A stretch of 62,889 bases of DNA, filler included, from Polymyxa betae A26-41 (GCA_003693705.1; 7 parts of 7 records of this genome joined end to end with filler, not necessarily neighbours in it); one strand, 5' to 3'; shown: positions 1 through 13,900, counted from the whole stretch's first letter. Translations and numbers: made by a program. The notes: generated by a model not told the origin, from the sequence alone.

Positions 1-268
1 GCTCTCATACCTTGGTAAACTCCGCGGCGGAGTTTTCATCCACCGTGGCTGTAGGCCATCACCCACTGGTTTCACAGTATAGTAATTCTGCGCGTCGGGG
101 TTCTCGAGCGACTTGGGTTGTTGTGGAGGCGCCACACTGCTGGAAGGTGTACAGATACTAGTCGAGTGTTGGCTCGCGGTGGCAGCGAGATTGTCTGTCG
201 TGTGAGCTTTTTCTCCTCCCCGCGTATAGACGTCTGTTATGCTCTCGGGATTGGACGCAATACCAACA
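1..268 (-). repeat. LTR fragment (likely a 3' LTR on the minus strand), truncated at the window edge
   Basis: Near-identical to 55126-55392; the shared sequence ends at CCAACA (TGTTGG on minus). This copy is preceded on minus by the purine-rich tract AGGGGGGCTCGGG (PPT-like). Confidence 0.65.
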
Positions 269-1413
269 CCCGAGCCCCCCTGTGACCACTTTGAGCTTTA
301 TATCCTACTAAACCATTTCATTCTGCTACTAATCTCGTTAGCCTCGCATCGCTTTAGCTCCCAAGCGAACACATATGAACATAGGAATATACACGGAGTA
401 TGAATATAGACATTATAAGCGATATCGAGGAACTGCTGAGCACCAACTGTTTAAATCACAAAAAAATTGCAAACATCTCAGGAAACTAAACGGAGAATAT
501 TACAAGCATAAAATTGCCAACTTTTTAAAAGCGTATATAGTGAGGATATGTTGAGAGCTGACTTATCAGTAGGGGTATGAGATAGGGTTTCTGTATATGC
601 GGTCGAGTCCATGTTGGATTGAAATTGCTGAGACTTTCATAGGTCCTCTAATAGAGAGGATTCGAATTTAAAATGGGATAATAATGAATTGCTCCGAAAT
701 TGATATTGGGAGCACTTGTAGTTATCATGACATTGTCTGGATATTATCAGTATTGCGGTTAGGATTCATCAGAGCCTGTTCATTTGTTCAGGCCGAGGTG
801 ACGATTTACTCAGAAGAACGCATTCACATTGGTGAAAGATGATCATGTGGATGCTGTTTCACATGATCAAGCCGATTGCAGGCCGGGACGTCCGTCATGT
901 GCATGACCCCAGTTAGGGTTCTAGGGCTTAGGACTGGTGGAGACCGCAAAGCATTTTCTTTAGAAAATGTGGCGAAATCCAGACTTCGTCTTAAAATTAT
1001 TAAAGTTCGTGACATCCAACTGACATATTTGACAATGAGTAATACAGATGACACTCTGATTATAGAGTCCGGCTCATATTTGAATTCAACATAATCTGTT
1101 AATGAAGGTTTTTTTAAACAGACGATATTTTTTACTTTTCGAGGATATTCTGGTGGGCGGTTCAGGCTGTTAACGTTACAAGAAATGCATGCAACATACT
1201 GTGTGATGTTTCAGTCTATAAATGGATAGTTCAGGGGCCTGGCTATTCGCAATACTCTCAAAAGCATTAAACAGTACTGCATTTGCACAGTGTGATTGAT
1301 GTGGGAATATCGCCGAACAGACACAGTGCGTCAGTGCTCGCACTTGTCACATAACATATTTCATGCATGACGGCATGACACCAGTGCTATTTTACCACAG
1401 CACACACGCAGAA

Positions 1414-1517
1414 TGTCGCCTAGGGTAATAATATAACAATAATACAATCATTCTTCGTTTGATATAGAATTTCGCTCCTACTGCGTAGAAGCAATCCAAG
1501 TCGTGCTAGCCACGACA
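1414..1517 (+). repeat. putative short 5' LTR of Copia-1
   Basis: TGTCG...CGACA inverted termini directly before the PBS. The left boundary is inferred because no second LTR is available. Confidence 0.5.
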
Positions 1518-1531
1518 GGTTATGGGCCCAG
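1518..1531 (+). promoter_or_regulatory. primer binding site GGTTATGGGCCCAG (half initiator tRNA-Met type)
   Basis: Follows the LTR terminal CA and has the same type of PBS as Drosophila copia, complementary to the tRNAiMet anticodon arm. Confidence 0.85.
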
Positions 1532-2439
1532 AGCACCGACCCATGTTATCGATGGCGACGAATGCAATGACAAGGGAGCCCCTGGTTGGGTTCATGCTGG
1601 ACTGGCAGAATTGGCAACGCTGGTCGAATCATCTTATGATCGGGGCAAATGCGGCAGAGCTCGACGGTATCTTATTTGGCTCGAGCTCGGAACCAGAGCC
1701 GCTCATTGATGATGGAACTAATGAGAGAGAAGTTGTTGCACGAGAAAAGGAAATCCAAGATTTCCAAAAGCTGGAAAAGTATGCAATTTTCAAGCTGTAT
1801 GCTTTGTTATCAGAGCCGATACAAGATCGATTTAGTGATTATGAAACGCCATCGAAGATGTGGAAAGCTATGCAACTCTACTTCGAAGGAAAGACGCCCC
1901 AAGCGAAATCCGATGTGAAAAGAAAATGGTCGGAGATCAAGTTATCAAAGTGTGATGGAAACATGATCGTGTTCATCAATGAAATTGAAACGACGAAAGC
2001 GTTACTGAAAGCTCATGGTGTGACAAAGACCGAGGAGGAACTCGTCGAAGATATTCTTGACAAGTTGGATGATGATAGCTGGGACAGCTACAAGGAACTG
2101 AAATATACGCAAGGAATGCCTGATTTTGAAACGTTGAAAGCAGATTTGACAATAATCTACAACCGGCGTAACAAGAACAATCAAGAATCAGAAAATGGAG
2201 CATTTAGCAGTCGTGAAAAGCAAATTCAATGTTGGTATTGTAAGAATAAGGGGCATTTATCAAAGAATTGTCCTAAAAAGATTGCAAATAAGTCAAAACC
2301 ATTATCCAAGTTCTTCAAGCGAGGAAAATGTAAGAATGGGAACAAATGCACATATCGTCATGACAATAGACGAGACTCGGGGAAAATAAGTCAGATCAAG
2401 AAAAAGATAAAGATTTGGCGGAATGGGGCTTCTCCTTAA
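1522..2439 (+). CDS. gag: Copia-1 Gag with CCHC knuckle and a degenerate CCCH finger
   Basis: Copia Gag motif (TPSKMWKAMQLYF), CWYCKNKGHLSKNC, then SKFFKRGKCKNGNKCTYRH. Confidence 0.85.
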   Translation: MGPEHRPMLSMATNAMTREPLVGFMLDWQNWQRWSNHLMIGANAAELDGILFGSSSEPEPLIDDGTNEREVVAREKEIQDFQKLEKYAIFKLYALLSEPIQDRFSDYETPSKMWKAMQLYFEGKTPQAKSDVKRKWSEIKLSKCDGNMIVFINEIETTKALLKAHGVTKTEEELVEDILDKLDDDSWDSYKELKYTQGMPDFETLKADLTIIYNRRNKNNQESENGAFSSREKQIQCWYCKNKGHLSKNCPKKIANKSKPLSKFFKRGKCKNGNKCTYRHDNRRDSGKISQIKKKIKIWRNGASP

Positions 2440-5400
2440 GTGATTCGCATTCGACAAAGGCAAGCATCTATGCCGATTCTGGCGCGACCTGTCATACATT
2501 TTGCCAGAGAGAATGGTTTCATAATTTCAAGCCTGTTTCAAATTATCTCAACTGGGGCGATGGAAGTAGCACCAAAATTACCGGAATTGGCGATATCTCT
2601 TTGATTACTCAAACTCAAGACGGCAAAGCCAAAGTCATTTTATATGATGTTCGTTACGCTCCTGAATTCAAGATTAACCTGATGAGCATCAAAAAGGCAA
2701 CTTCGGTAAACTTATCTGTAACTTTCAAAGATAACAATATGAAGTTGATGGACCCGAACGGCAAGACGATTATGAAAGCTTTTGCTTCTGAGCATGATCT
2801 ATACAAGATTCAAGCCGATGTTTGTCTACCATCACGTCAAGAAATTACATTGGCAACGAGTGAAATCCGTAACGAACAAAAGTTACCGTTGATGCAATGG
2901 CATGCTCGACTCGGTCATCTTAACGAGAAATCGATACTGAAGATGGCATCTGACGCCAACGTTACTGGAATGACTCTTCCAGACCAGAAATCCCACCTTT
3001 GCAAGCCCTGTGTGGAATCGAAAATGGCCTCGAAACCATTTCCAGCGAGTCGAACTCCGAAAGCAAGTGAGCTTCTTGATCTTATCCATATTGATCTGGC
3101 CGGACCGATGCAGACGAAAACACCAGAAGGCGCCCGATATTTCGAAGTTATTGAAGACCAAGGACCAGATTGGACCTGAATTTGAACGACTTAAGAATAT
3201 GCTGGAATTGCAAACCGGAAAGAAAATCAAGAGAGTGAGAATGCATCCTGCTGGCGAAAATCGAGGAGGAAAACTCTTCAACCTTCTGAAAGATAATGGA
3301 ATAAGAGTTGAACTGGCAAACGCTGGATGTCAGCAGCAGAATGGAGCTGCTGAGAGAGCGGTTAAAAGTATCTGTACTGGAGCACGGTCATTAATGTTGA
3401 ATGCAGGTGCACCTCAAGCGCTCTGGGGCGATGCTGCGTTGGCCTACACTCTTTGAAGAATAAGAGTCCGAGCACAGTTCGAAACAATGCAATCCCGGAG
3501 TACCTATTTACTGGAAAAACGATCAACACCGGCCATATTCGAGTTTGGGGTTGTATCGCTTACGCCAAGAAAACGAATCCTGATGGAAATTTCGATTCAA
3601 AAGTGACTGAATGTCGACTAGTTGGACAACAACGGAACTGATAGAGAAGGGACAAAAGGATGGACTCTGCGATCTCGGCAGACAGGACGATATATATTCA
3701 GCAGAAATGTAACATTTGATGAATCAAAGGTGATGAAGAAAATGAAACCGAACATACAAGCGGTCGACACTGAAGAAGACGAGGAAAATAATTCGACCGA
3801 TGATGAAATTGAAGAATCAAATGACAATGAAATTCTGGAAGATGATGATAACTCGAAAGAAGTACCTGGTGAAAACGACAATGATTCGATCGCTAAAGCG
3901 AAAGCGAAACGAAAGACAAGACCGCCAGAGAGATATAATCCACAGATCGGGGCCTTTACGAGAACAAACGATATGGACTTCGCTCTTTTAACCAGTCCTG
4001 AACAATTCGTCAATGAGGATCGTGAAACCTTTGAAGAGGCATTATCAGGAGAACATGTATTAGAATGGAAACAAGCAATGGATGAGGAGATTCAAGGACT
4101 TAAAGAAATGGGAACGTTTGAGGAAACGGAAATTTTGAAGACTGATAAGATCAGGAAAACTAAATTTGTTTTCAAAACCAAACATGATGTTGACGGAAAC
4201 GTACTTCGAAGAAAAGCTCGTTTTGTTGCCTGTGGCTACTCTCAACGACCTGGTGTGGATTTTGATGAGACGTACGCACCGGTTGGACGAATGGTCACTA
4301 TTCGAGCGTTGATGTGTAAAAGTGCAATCGAGAAACTGCCAGCTAGACACGCTGACATCGAGAGAGCCTACACAAATGCAGCAATCAATGAAAGAATTGT
4401 AATCAAAAGTATCGAAAACCTGGAAAATACTGGATCTTGAAAAAGGCCTTATATGGATTGAAACAATCGGGAAAAGCATGGGGCGACGAATTAAACAAGA
4501 CCCTCTTAAAACAAGGTTTTGAAAGATACGAATCAGAGCCATGCCTGTATATGCGAAATGATGAACTTATTGTGGTCGTAGTTGACGACTTATTCATGAC
4601 AGCGCCGATGTTTAAGCAGTTAGACAATATCATCCATGAATTATCCATCGCTTACAAAGTCAAGGACCTAGGACCAGTTCGACATGCGATAGGGATGAAA
4701 TTTCAGTTCGGGGAAAATTATGTGAAAATTTCGCAAACTCATTATATCGAAAGTATTCTCACGAAATTTGGAATGAAAGACTGTAAACCGGTTTCAACAC
4801 CGATGGAAAAGGATGGAAACGAAATGATCGAGAAAATAACACATCAAGATGGAACTATAGATCAAGAGCAAGGATTGAATGAATTACCTGAAAACCAAAA
4901 GACAATGTATCGAAGCCTGGTTGGAGCTATGATGTGGTTATCAGTCGGAACCAGATATGACATTGCCTATGCAGTTACGACATTAGCCATGAAAATATCT
5001 AAAGCCAATCAGAGTGATCTGAATAAGGCAAAACGTGTTTTAGCGTATTTGAAAAAGACAAAAAATATTGAATTGAAACTTGGAGGAAATGAGCTGATTC
5101 TTCAAGCTTACTGTGATGCTGCACTTGGCGAAGATCCTAAGGCAAGATCCCGTATGGGGTACATGCTGCGCGTAGGTGAATTCCAGCCTATATCTTGGTC
5201 GTCAAGAACCCAGAAGAGTGTGGCAATAACGACTGCGGATGCGGAATATATGGCGTTGAGCGAAACAGTGCGGGAAATTTTGTGGGTGCGCAGCCTCCTC
5301 GGAGATATCGGTCTCAATCAGGAGTCGGCAACTGTGATTTTGAGGACAATATGGCCTGCATTAAATGGGCAACTGAACCAAAATTGAGTGCTAGAACTAA

Positions 5401-8400
5401 ACACATTTTCCGCCGATTACATGCTGTAAAAGAACTAATCGATCACAACATAATCAAGATCGAATACGTACCTTCTGACGATCAGCTTGCTGATATTATA
5501 ACCAAACCTCTACAGAAGTCGGTCACTCGCGTGGCGTTTGCGAGGTAGGGTTGTGTGAGGTCGTCGGAGGAGGACAGCGTCCCTTGGAGACAGCAGGCGA
5601 GCCGAGGCGGAGCCGGCCCGATGGGCCAGGGCCTTAATCCTGAGCCCAAGAAGCGACCTCTCTCTACCAGCCCCAACGGCGCCAACCGAGCGGGCCGAGA
5701 GAGTCCCCGCCATGACGTTGGATGGAACCGAGTGTTGGGCCTTGCCCTCACTCTGATCTTCAGGCTGTTGGTGGCTGGGGCGGACAGGATCTTGATCCAT
5801 GTCCCGCTTCTATACCCATTAGGACAATACGTCAGCATCTGCGGGATTGCTCTGGGTACGACCTTTTGCGGGTTACTCCCGTACGAACTATACTATACGA
5901 ACACAACATAATAATACAACAATAACACACACAATAACACAGGAATATGCAGAGAACAAAACAAAACCAGCATGTTTTACAACACGGCTACCAAAGAGTT
6001 CCCCTACTACTCGTCCTCATACAAAAACACAGACTTGCACTGAAATAATCTCACCCTTAAACACCCCGATCACAAACAAAAACCATATAAAACCCAGCAT
6101 AAACAATCCAACGAAATCGGAAGATATAATAAGCCCTTCACAACGATTCTACCCCAAAAAGACGATATCACACAGGGGACTCCCACAAATCAAAATACAA
6201 TCAGCTGATACCCTTAACAAACCGACCTACAATCAATACTATCAATACAAAACGCTGGAAAGTATAACACACAAAAAGTTGACACAAATTATACAAAAAT
6301 TTTACGAAATTAGAACCTGTAGAAGAAGCAGCAATATTAGAGGCGGAACGTATAATAGGGCTAAGTCCGCCACGGGATCCGAAACCCACGCAGTCCTGAA
6401 CTCTTGATGTTGCTGTTCGTCTTGATGGGCTGCAGCTCCAACATCACAGCCAATGCCGCCCTGAGCTGCTGATCCATCATCAAGAGGAAAGCCGTCATCC
6501 TCAATGTCCATGTCAAACATGTCCCCGATCACGGCCGCCCTCTTGTCCACGGTCTTGACATCATCGACTTCCTGGAATGGAAACACAGATTCATAGAAGA
6601 ACGCATTCCGTGATTCCACGATCGTGCGCGTTTCCCAGATCAGGAATACCCATGCCTTTTTCGATGTCGAAACCCCCAAGTGAACAGCCCGTTCCGCCTC
6701 CGGTTTCAGCTTCTCCTTCTTTTGGAGACTTATCATCACCCACGCTTCACATCCCCAGACCCTCGCTCGGGATAGGTTCGGTCGCTGACCTGTCAGCGCT
6801 TCAAAAGGAGTGGTACGACCTTGATGACGATTAAGTGGAGCACGATTATGTACCCACGTCGCGTTTGCGGCGGCATTAGACCAAAAGGATTCCGGCGCGC
6901 AGGATCGGACAAGACATGCCCGAACCATAGCGACAATCTTGCCCGCCAATCACCTCAGGGAGTCCATGTTGAAACGCCATCCGCAAAATTCCTGATGGAT
7001 TCCGTCCATATACAATACCTCACGAGAAGAATTTCCGACATATTCGCCATCCTGGTCCGAGCGGAGCACCTCCACGATCTGTCCGGACATCCGTTCGAAT
7101 CTCCGCAAAATCGCCACAGTGTACTTCTCCGTTTCGGACTTTTTAGCCATGGTCACTGTAGCCGCGAACCCAGAGGCATGATCAACCCATATTCCCATGT
7201 AGAGCATACCGTCGTGACTTCTTGTCGAAAACGACTGTAGATCAGCTCCGACAATTTGAGCCAGTCGCAATGTCCGGGTCCTTCGTTTCGGGGTCGCCGA
7301 CATCTTCAGGTTCGCCTCAATACAGATACGGTATTTGCAAGAAGCCATATGGTCCGTCTCGTCAATCCGTAGTCCATCCACGGACTTATTTTGGTTCATC
7401 CTATATAACGTTTGAATACTTATGTCACAGAGTCTCTGATGCGCAAGCTCCGTAGAGATCGCGCCAGGTAAATGGCCTTGGTTTGGAAGTTCGCCGGGGG
7501 AGACCAAGGCGCTCCCCCTTAGCAAAAATCCTGTTCCGCGTGTAGGTCCAGATACAGCAGACCTCTGCGGACAGACCCTGTCACCAACACTTTCCCGTCC
7601 TTATTGACGATCTTTGATGAGCGCGCAGTTTCACGATGTTCTGCGCCCTTCCCCAATTTGGAAAGCGCCGCCCTAATCGCAAATAGGTTCGCAACAGAAT
7701 CAGGGGCATATCCAGCATCGACCGTGATGAAAGTCCCGGTAGCAGCACGCAAAACAACATCCGCGACCATGGACCTGAATACGGTCCCCGCCAACTCCAC
7801 CGACAGTCGGTCGTTCGTTCTCCTCGAACATTTTCAAATTCTTAAAATGCTCTCTGCAACTGGAAAAGTGTCCGCAAGTCATCGCACCATCCATGACCCA
7901 GTCGCGCATGCCCTTCCGAGGAGACTTGCCGCTCGACAATGCTATGCAATATGCGCCTGACCATTACTATTGCCGTCCCCACTGCTCTTGCAGTCAGACA
8001 ATCGATGTCCGAACTTACCGCATTTGAAGCAGTTGCCTTGAAATCCGCCACTATTCCCGTTTCCTCCGCGTCCTCGACGCCCTCGACCGCGTCCACCGAA
8101 CATCGCGTACCCGTCGTTCCCGGCCGAGGCCTGGTCCGTAACCGCCATCCGCCTCAGTAGGGAGATCACGTCGTCAAGGATATTACTCGGAGTTAGGTCC
8201 ACAGAAAGATCTGACAGGCGTTTGTATCGGATCTGCTCCATGTCGTTGGGCAGTGACATGCACATCAGAACAGCTATCACCAAGTCCGGAAGTGCACGGT
8301 CTTTTTCGATCTCCTTTAGACGCAGGTTCAAATCCGTCATAGACTCGAAGTGCTCTCACCGAGCCTTTTTCCGAAGAGCTCAATCAGAAGCGTCGCCATA

Positions 8401-8750
8401 TCCTGATTTGTGGAACCAGCATATTCTTTTGATAACGCGTCCCAGGCACCTGCTGGATCGTTCGCGAATGCCTTGATCAGGGTGAGCTGATACAATGTTG
8501 ACATTCCGGGTGATCGCCTGCATAGCCTTGGCCTTCTTAATCGGGTCCGTGGCAATCTCCGCTTTGGATTTGTCCACATAGTCACCAAGACCGAATTCGG
8601 TGAGCAGCGTTGTCATCGCAAACCTCCATGATGTATAGACGCTGCGTCCGTCCAGCTTGAAGCCGATTGACAGGCTTTGGTTACTGGTAGTTGGATCACT
8701 GGTCGTCGCATCGGCCTCGTCTCCCATTGCACTTGCTCGCTAGGTAGAAG

Positions 8751-8765
8751 TGGGACTCTTAATCT
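8751..8765 (-). promoter_or_regulatory. PBS AGATTAAGAGTCCCA complementary to the tRNA-Lys(CUU) anticodon arm
   Basis: Lies between the LTR and the gag ATG; the same 15-mer is at 50403 and 51266. Confidence 0.8.
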
Positions 8766-8911
8766 GATTCTACGGAATGTGATGTTCAGTATTTAGGGCA
8801 CTTTCAATTGTATTCATTACTGATCATCATGGCCTCGACATCAGCTGTGATAGGCGGCTCACGCGACTCACGCATGAGAGCCGTGTGACGTCACGCCTGA
8901 TCCTTGGAACA
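8765..8911 (-). repeat. 5' LTR of Copia-2 (~147 bp)
   Basis: On minus TGTTCC...AATCA, bounded by the PBS on one side and resumed Gypsy RT coding on the other. Confidence 0.65.
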
Positions 8912-10810
8912 ACAATGCCATCTCCGAAAACTGCAGCGGATCTTATGCACTTTCTTTGCGCTGCGACTAGGATTAGAACTCATATACCTGACTTTGAGCG
9001 TCACGTACGTCCGCTGCGCGACCTTTTGGAGCAACTGCTCCATGGTCAACAGTCTCGTTTTAAGGCTGTCTCGCGGCGTATTCCTATCATGACGCACGCT
9101 TGGACTTCTGAAAATGAGGATTCTTTTCGTAGTACTATTAGCGCGATTTCAAACGCGGTAACTCTATACCATCCGCGTGAGGATCATGATCGCTGTCTTT
9201 TTACTGATGCTTCAGCAGATTCTTATTCTATTATTATAACACAGGTCGAACCTTCAGAGCTCAGTAAGCCTTTTCCTGAACAAAATCACTTTCCGTTAGC
9301 ATTCTTTAGTCGTAGTTTTCGGGGTTCGTCAGCTCGTTGGGCTATTCCCGAAAAGGAGGCGTTCCCTATTGTAGATGCAATTCAACGATTCGATTATCTT
9401 CTGATTTATGATCGTAAACTACGTATTTTCACTGATCACCGCAATCTTACGTTTATCTTCAACCGCGAATCGACTTCGTTTCCTTTGAAACAACACACTT
9501 TGGATAAATTGTATCGATAGGCCCTGAAGCTTAGTTCTGTTGATTATGTTGTTGAGCACATTCTAGGACAGTTCAATGTTTGGGCGGATATGCTTTCGCG
9601 GTGGGGTGCTGGTCCTTCAGTTATACCACTCCGAGTTTGTAGATTGAAACGACAGTCCAACATTCCTGCAGGCATCGTTAATCCTTTGCAGGACCACGTG
9701 TTCCCTACAGAGTCTGAGATTGCTGATGTTCAGCGCGAAGCTCTAAATGGTGATGTCGAATCCTACGCTATTGGATCGATTAATTTTTTTCGTAATCTAG
9801 CTGGACTTTTATTAGCGATACTGGCGTCCTATGGATTCCTGATAGTGCTAAAACTCTTCAACTACGTATTTTGATAGTCGCGCATTGTGGCTCTTCTGGC
9901 CATCGTGGTGTCTCAGCAACGCTTTCTGTTTTACTTCCTCGCTTTTTTTGGTCGAATATACGAGCTGATGTCGCGGAATTTGTTCGCTTATGTTTACATT
10001 GTGTGCCAGGCAAAGCTGGTGATGTAGTCCCTAGACCGTTCGGTGCAACAGCTGCTCCTACAGTTGCTAACGAGATTATTGATTTCGATTATCTATATAT
10101 CGGTCCTTCTAATTTTCAGTCAAAACACTTGTTGGTTATTCGCGATCGACTTTCAGGCTATGTCGATATGTTTCCTGCGGTTGAGCCCAGCGCTGATCAC
10201 GCCGCCGATTCTTTGTTAGATTGGTTTTCTCGTCATGGAATAGCCCCCGTTTGGGTCACAGACCGTGGTACTCATTTTGTGAACTATATTATTGCTGAAT
10301 TAGCTCTACGTATGCGTGCCACACATCACTTTCACTTGGCGTACTGCCCGTGGACGCACGGAGGTGTCGAAACAGCTAATCATCATATTTTATCGGTCTT
10401 TCGATCGTTAATTTCGGAGTTTCGCCTTGCTCTGCGTGATTGGACTTTGCTAGTACCAATTGTACGTTTTGTTTGAATAATACCATTCCGCCCGCCTTAG
10501 GTTTCGCCCCGATTACATTGTTCACTGCACGAGATCCGTCGACTCCTCTCGACGCAATTTGGAACCCACGTAAACAGGAGATTATGTCAATGCCCCTGTC
10601 GGAGATGGCCAAGCGTGTTTCTGACTTGAAAGAGTCGTTATCTAAAATGCACGCTGACGCTGCCGAAAGTCGTGTTAGTATCCGAGTTCTGTCATTGCTG
10701 ATCTCGTTTTTTCTGTTGAAAATCTGGCCTCACATCAGGTTTTTGAGATTCACGAACAGCGTCTTCGATTTTACTCAGATTCAAATCTGAGTGTTACAGA
10801 TGACTTGTTA
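8912..10810 (+). mobile_element. Ty3/Gypsy pol remnant (Gypsy-1): RT end, RNaseH, integrase
   Basis: LFTDAS, WAIPEKEAFPIV, IFTDHRNL, HHCC (AH..GHRG..CLHC), [12 protein letters not shown]; stops and frameshifts present. Confidence 0.92.
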
Positions 10811-10833
10811 ACTGTGTAGTATGGTTGTCTCAC

Positions 10834-10933
10834 NNNNNNNNNNNNNNNNNNNNNNNNNNNNNNNNNNNNNNNNNNNNTTAATTAATTAANNNNNNNNNNN
10901 NNNNNNNNNNNNNNNNNNNNNNNNNNNNNNNNN
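10834..10933. other. artificial contig linker (100 nt of N with central TTAATTAATTAA); also at 29986-30085, 42860-42959, 51091-51190, 55024-55123, 59469-59568
   Basis: Six 100-nt spacers of the same design with stop codons in all frames. Confidence 0.97.
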
Positions 10934-13900
10934 TAGGAGACAAACGACACAGATGGCAACGCAGGAAATAAAATCAGCCAGCACACTGACACCGCTCACG
11001 CTCAGTTCTAGCAACTGGCTAATATGGCGTCGGGCCGTGCTCGCCGGAATGAAGCGAATCGGGGCCCTAGGCATCCTGCAAGGGACCGAGAAGAAACCCA
11101 GCAAAACTGCCGAAATACACATGAAGCCGAATCTCGAATCAGATCCAAAGTCAGCTCAAGTTCTGCACTCTTTATTGAATGAAGCTCGTCAGCAATACAA
11201 AGAAACGCTGACTGCGTTGAAAGCAGCAAAAGCTGCAGTAAAAGAAGATACAGAAGACGTTGACAGAAAGACAGCATTACTCGCAGATGAGGGAGAGGCC
11301 GAAGAAGCTGAAGACGCCTATCTCAAGATTCGTCAACAGCGTGCCAGCACGAAAACTACTCCAACGCTGACCGGATCACTATGGACACCATCAGAAATTG
11401 ACGACTGGGAGAGACGACACGATTACGCATACCACCTTCTGGTAGTATCACTGTCTGAACAGTACCAAGGCATGACAATCAAGTGTCCCGATCTGCCATC
11501 CTTGTGGCGGGCGCTCGAACAGCATTTCGAAGGCAAATCGGCCGCGGATGTCATTCAGGTGGAAAATCGGCTGATGTCGTTGGCGCTGACCGAGAAAGAT
11601 GATCCAGAAGAGTTCCTCAACGAGATCCGACTGATCCAGACTCAGATGGAAAGTTGTGGCGCCCCTTACTCAGACGCGAGAATGTTCTTGACCATCGCTC
11701 AGAAACTCCCTCCAAGAATGCATGGTCTCGGGGATCAATTCCTGTACGGGCCGAAGGAGCGCCAAAATATTGCCTCACTGGAACAAGCCATCAGCGAATT
11801 CGCGAAGAACAATCCAGTCAAGCGCGAACCAGAAAAAGCAAACCTGGTGGAAAAGAAAGAGAAGATAAAATGCAAGCACTGCAAGCTAAAAGGTCACAAG
11901 AAAGAAAAATGTCGAGCCAGATCACACAAATGCATCAAATGTGGTGAAACTGGACATTTTGAAAAGAGGTGTAAAAGTGAAAAGAAAACAAACGAACCTC
12001 CTGCTCCTAAAGAATTGTCGCATTACGCCTTCTCAGTGACTGTGCGGAAATGGGTCGTGGACACAGGAGCCTCATCATCCATCAGCTCCAATGTTGCAGA
12101 AGCTCATCGCACCAATGGCGAATCGCTTACACTGGCGGACGGGTCGACAATCGCGATCACCGGATCAGGACCACTGAACGCCGGATTCCGCATCTCACAC
12201 GTTTTACAGGTACTTCAAGCAAGCACGAATCTACTCTCGTTAGGGAGAGCATGCGAAGACGGCGACATCGACTCGGCCACCTTCGACAACAACGGATTCA
12301 GGCTCTACAAAAACGGAGGCGTCATCGCTTCTGGAGTCAAGCAAAACGGACTGTATCTACTTGAGGAGGGCGGGCGACCAGCACATGTACACATGGCGGT
12401 CTCAACACAGCAATGGCATCGACGACTCGCTCACGCACCGACAAAGACGATCGAAGGATAGTGAACGAAAAGACAGCTAGCGGCGTCGACCTGCAAAAAG
12501 GAAAGTCTGAGTTGACCTGCGAATCTTGCACATCAGGGAAGTCAAAACGCTTACAGTTCCAATCTCGAGACGAAAGCAGACGCGCAGACAAGCCAGGAAC
12601 AGTCCTGCATACAGACCTCTGCGGTCCCATGCAAACCCAGACTATTCAGGGAGTACGATACGCAATGCCGATAATCGACGAATTCTCAAGATTCGTCACT
12701 GTATATTTCCTGAAATCGAAAGACGAAGCCGCCGACGCTTTACTGGAATGCATCCAGCTCTACCGGACTCAGAAGGGCACCTATGTCCAGGTTATTCAAG
12801 CCGATAATGGTGGGGAGTTTACTTCAAATTACCTTAAAGGCAAATTGAAGAAGGGGATCAAATTGCAAACGACGATACCATACATACCTCAGAAAAATGG
12901 AGTCGCAGAGCGTATGAATCGTACGTTAGTCGATCGAGCACGGACGATGCTATTGGACGCCGGTCTTAGTATTAAATACTGGCAACATGCAATGGCCACT
13001 GCAGCACACATCACCAGCAGAATCCCTTCAGCGGCGTGCGGCCACAAATCGCCTTACGAGCTGTGGACGGGTCAGCTGCCTGACATCGGGCACGTGAGAG
13101 TCTTCTGAGAAGCGCCGTAAGTTCGATCCGAAGGCAATTCTCGGAATCTTCCTTGGATACGCTACCGGGCAAAAGGGATACGTGGTGCAAGACCCTGAAA
13201 GTGGAAAGATAATAGTCAGCAGCGACGTGACATTTGATGAGAATCAACTACCAGCTAAGAAGTCGACGGAGAGTCTTAATCTTGACGTCATCGAACGACA
13301 GGTTAGCGGGTCGATCAACGAGACGATTGATGACGAGCAGCCGGCGGAAACGAATGACGAAGCAGGGCAGCCACCGACCAATGACGAAGCTGAACAGGTT
13401 GATGAAGACAAGACCGATGCACCGCCGAGACGATCTTCGAGAGTAACGGGGCAGCCGGCGCGATACGCCGACGAACAAGCAGACGAAATGATACGAAAAG
13501 GACAGAGCAAGTCTTCTGGACATGCCGCGGTCTTGGTGAAAGAGCCGAAAAGCTATGATGACGCCATTGACGGACCAAACGCCGCCAAATGGAAAGAAGC
13601 TATGAACAAGAATATCAGTCACTGATGAGGAACAAGACTTGGAACCTTACCAAATACCACGCGGGCGGAAAGCGATTAAATCCAAGTGGGTATTTAAGAT
13701 CAAAACTCTAGAGGACGGCACCATGGACCGCTTCAAAGCGAGGCTCGTCGCCCAAGGCTTTTCGCAACGCCATGGTGTTGACTACGACGAGACGTTCTCG
13801 CCGGTTGCTACGAAGGCCACGATCAGAATACTTATCGGCTTGAAGTCGCAGGGGTGGTACGTACGGCATGTCGATGTCGATACAGCTTATCTCAACGCGG

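Larger units (their letters stand above)
1414..5548 (+). mobile_element. Ty1/copia retrotransposon (Copia-1), frameshifted, no 3' LTR found
   Basis: Order gag, PR (YADSGAT), GAG-pre-integrase (WHARLGH), IN (HIDLAGP, QQNGAAER), RT (RKARFVACGYSQ, KALYGLKQSG, VVDD), RNaseH (YCDA, AEYMA, QLADIITKPL), split over several frames. Confidence 0.95.
6365..8911 (-). mobile_element. Ty1/copia retrotransposon (Copia-2), degenerate, truncated after integrase; inserted into a Gypsy RT
   Basis: Gag from 8727, CFKCGKFGHRLSDC, PR WVMDGAMT, IN (LRSDQDGEY, ESFWSNAAANATWVHNR, ARVWGCEAWV). Left boundary approximate. Confidence 0.9.

Noticed and set aside
5801-5860. HDV-like or hammerhead ribozyme
   Set aside because: A P1-like helix exists, but P1.1, P4 and the catalytic C are missing; hammerhead CUGANGA/GAAA cores are mismatched.
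8751-8765. TGGGACTCTTAATCT as part of a tRNA-Lys gene
   Set aside because: No D or T arm; its position next to LTRs identifies it as a PBS.
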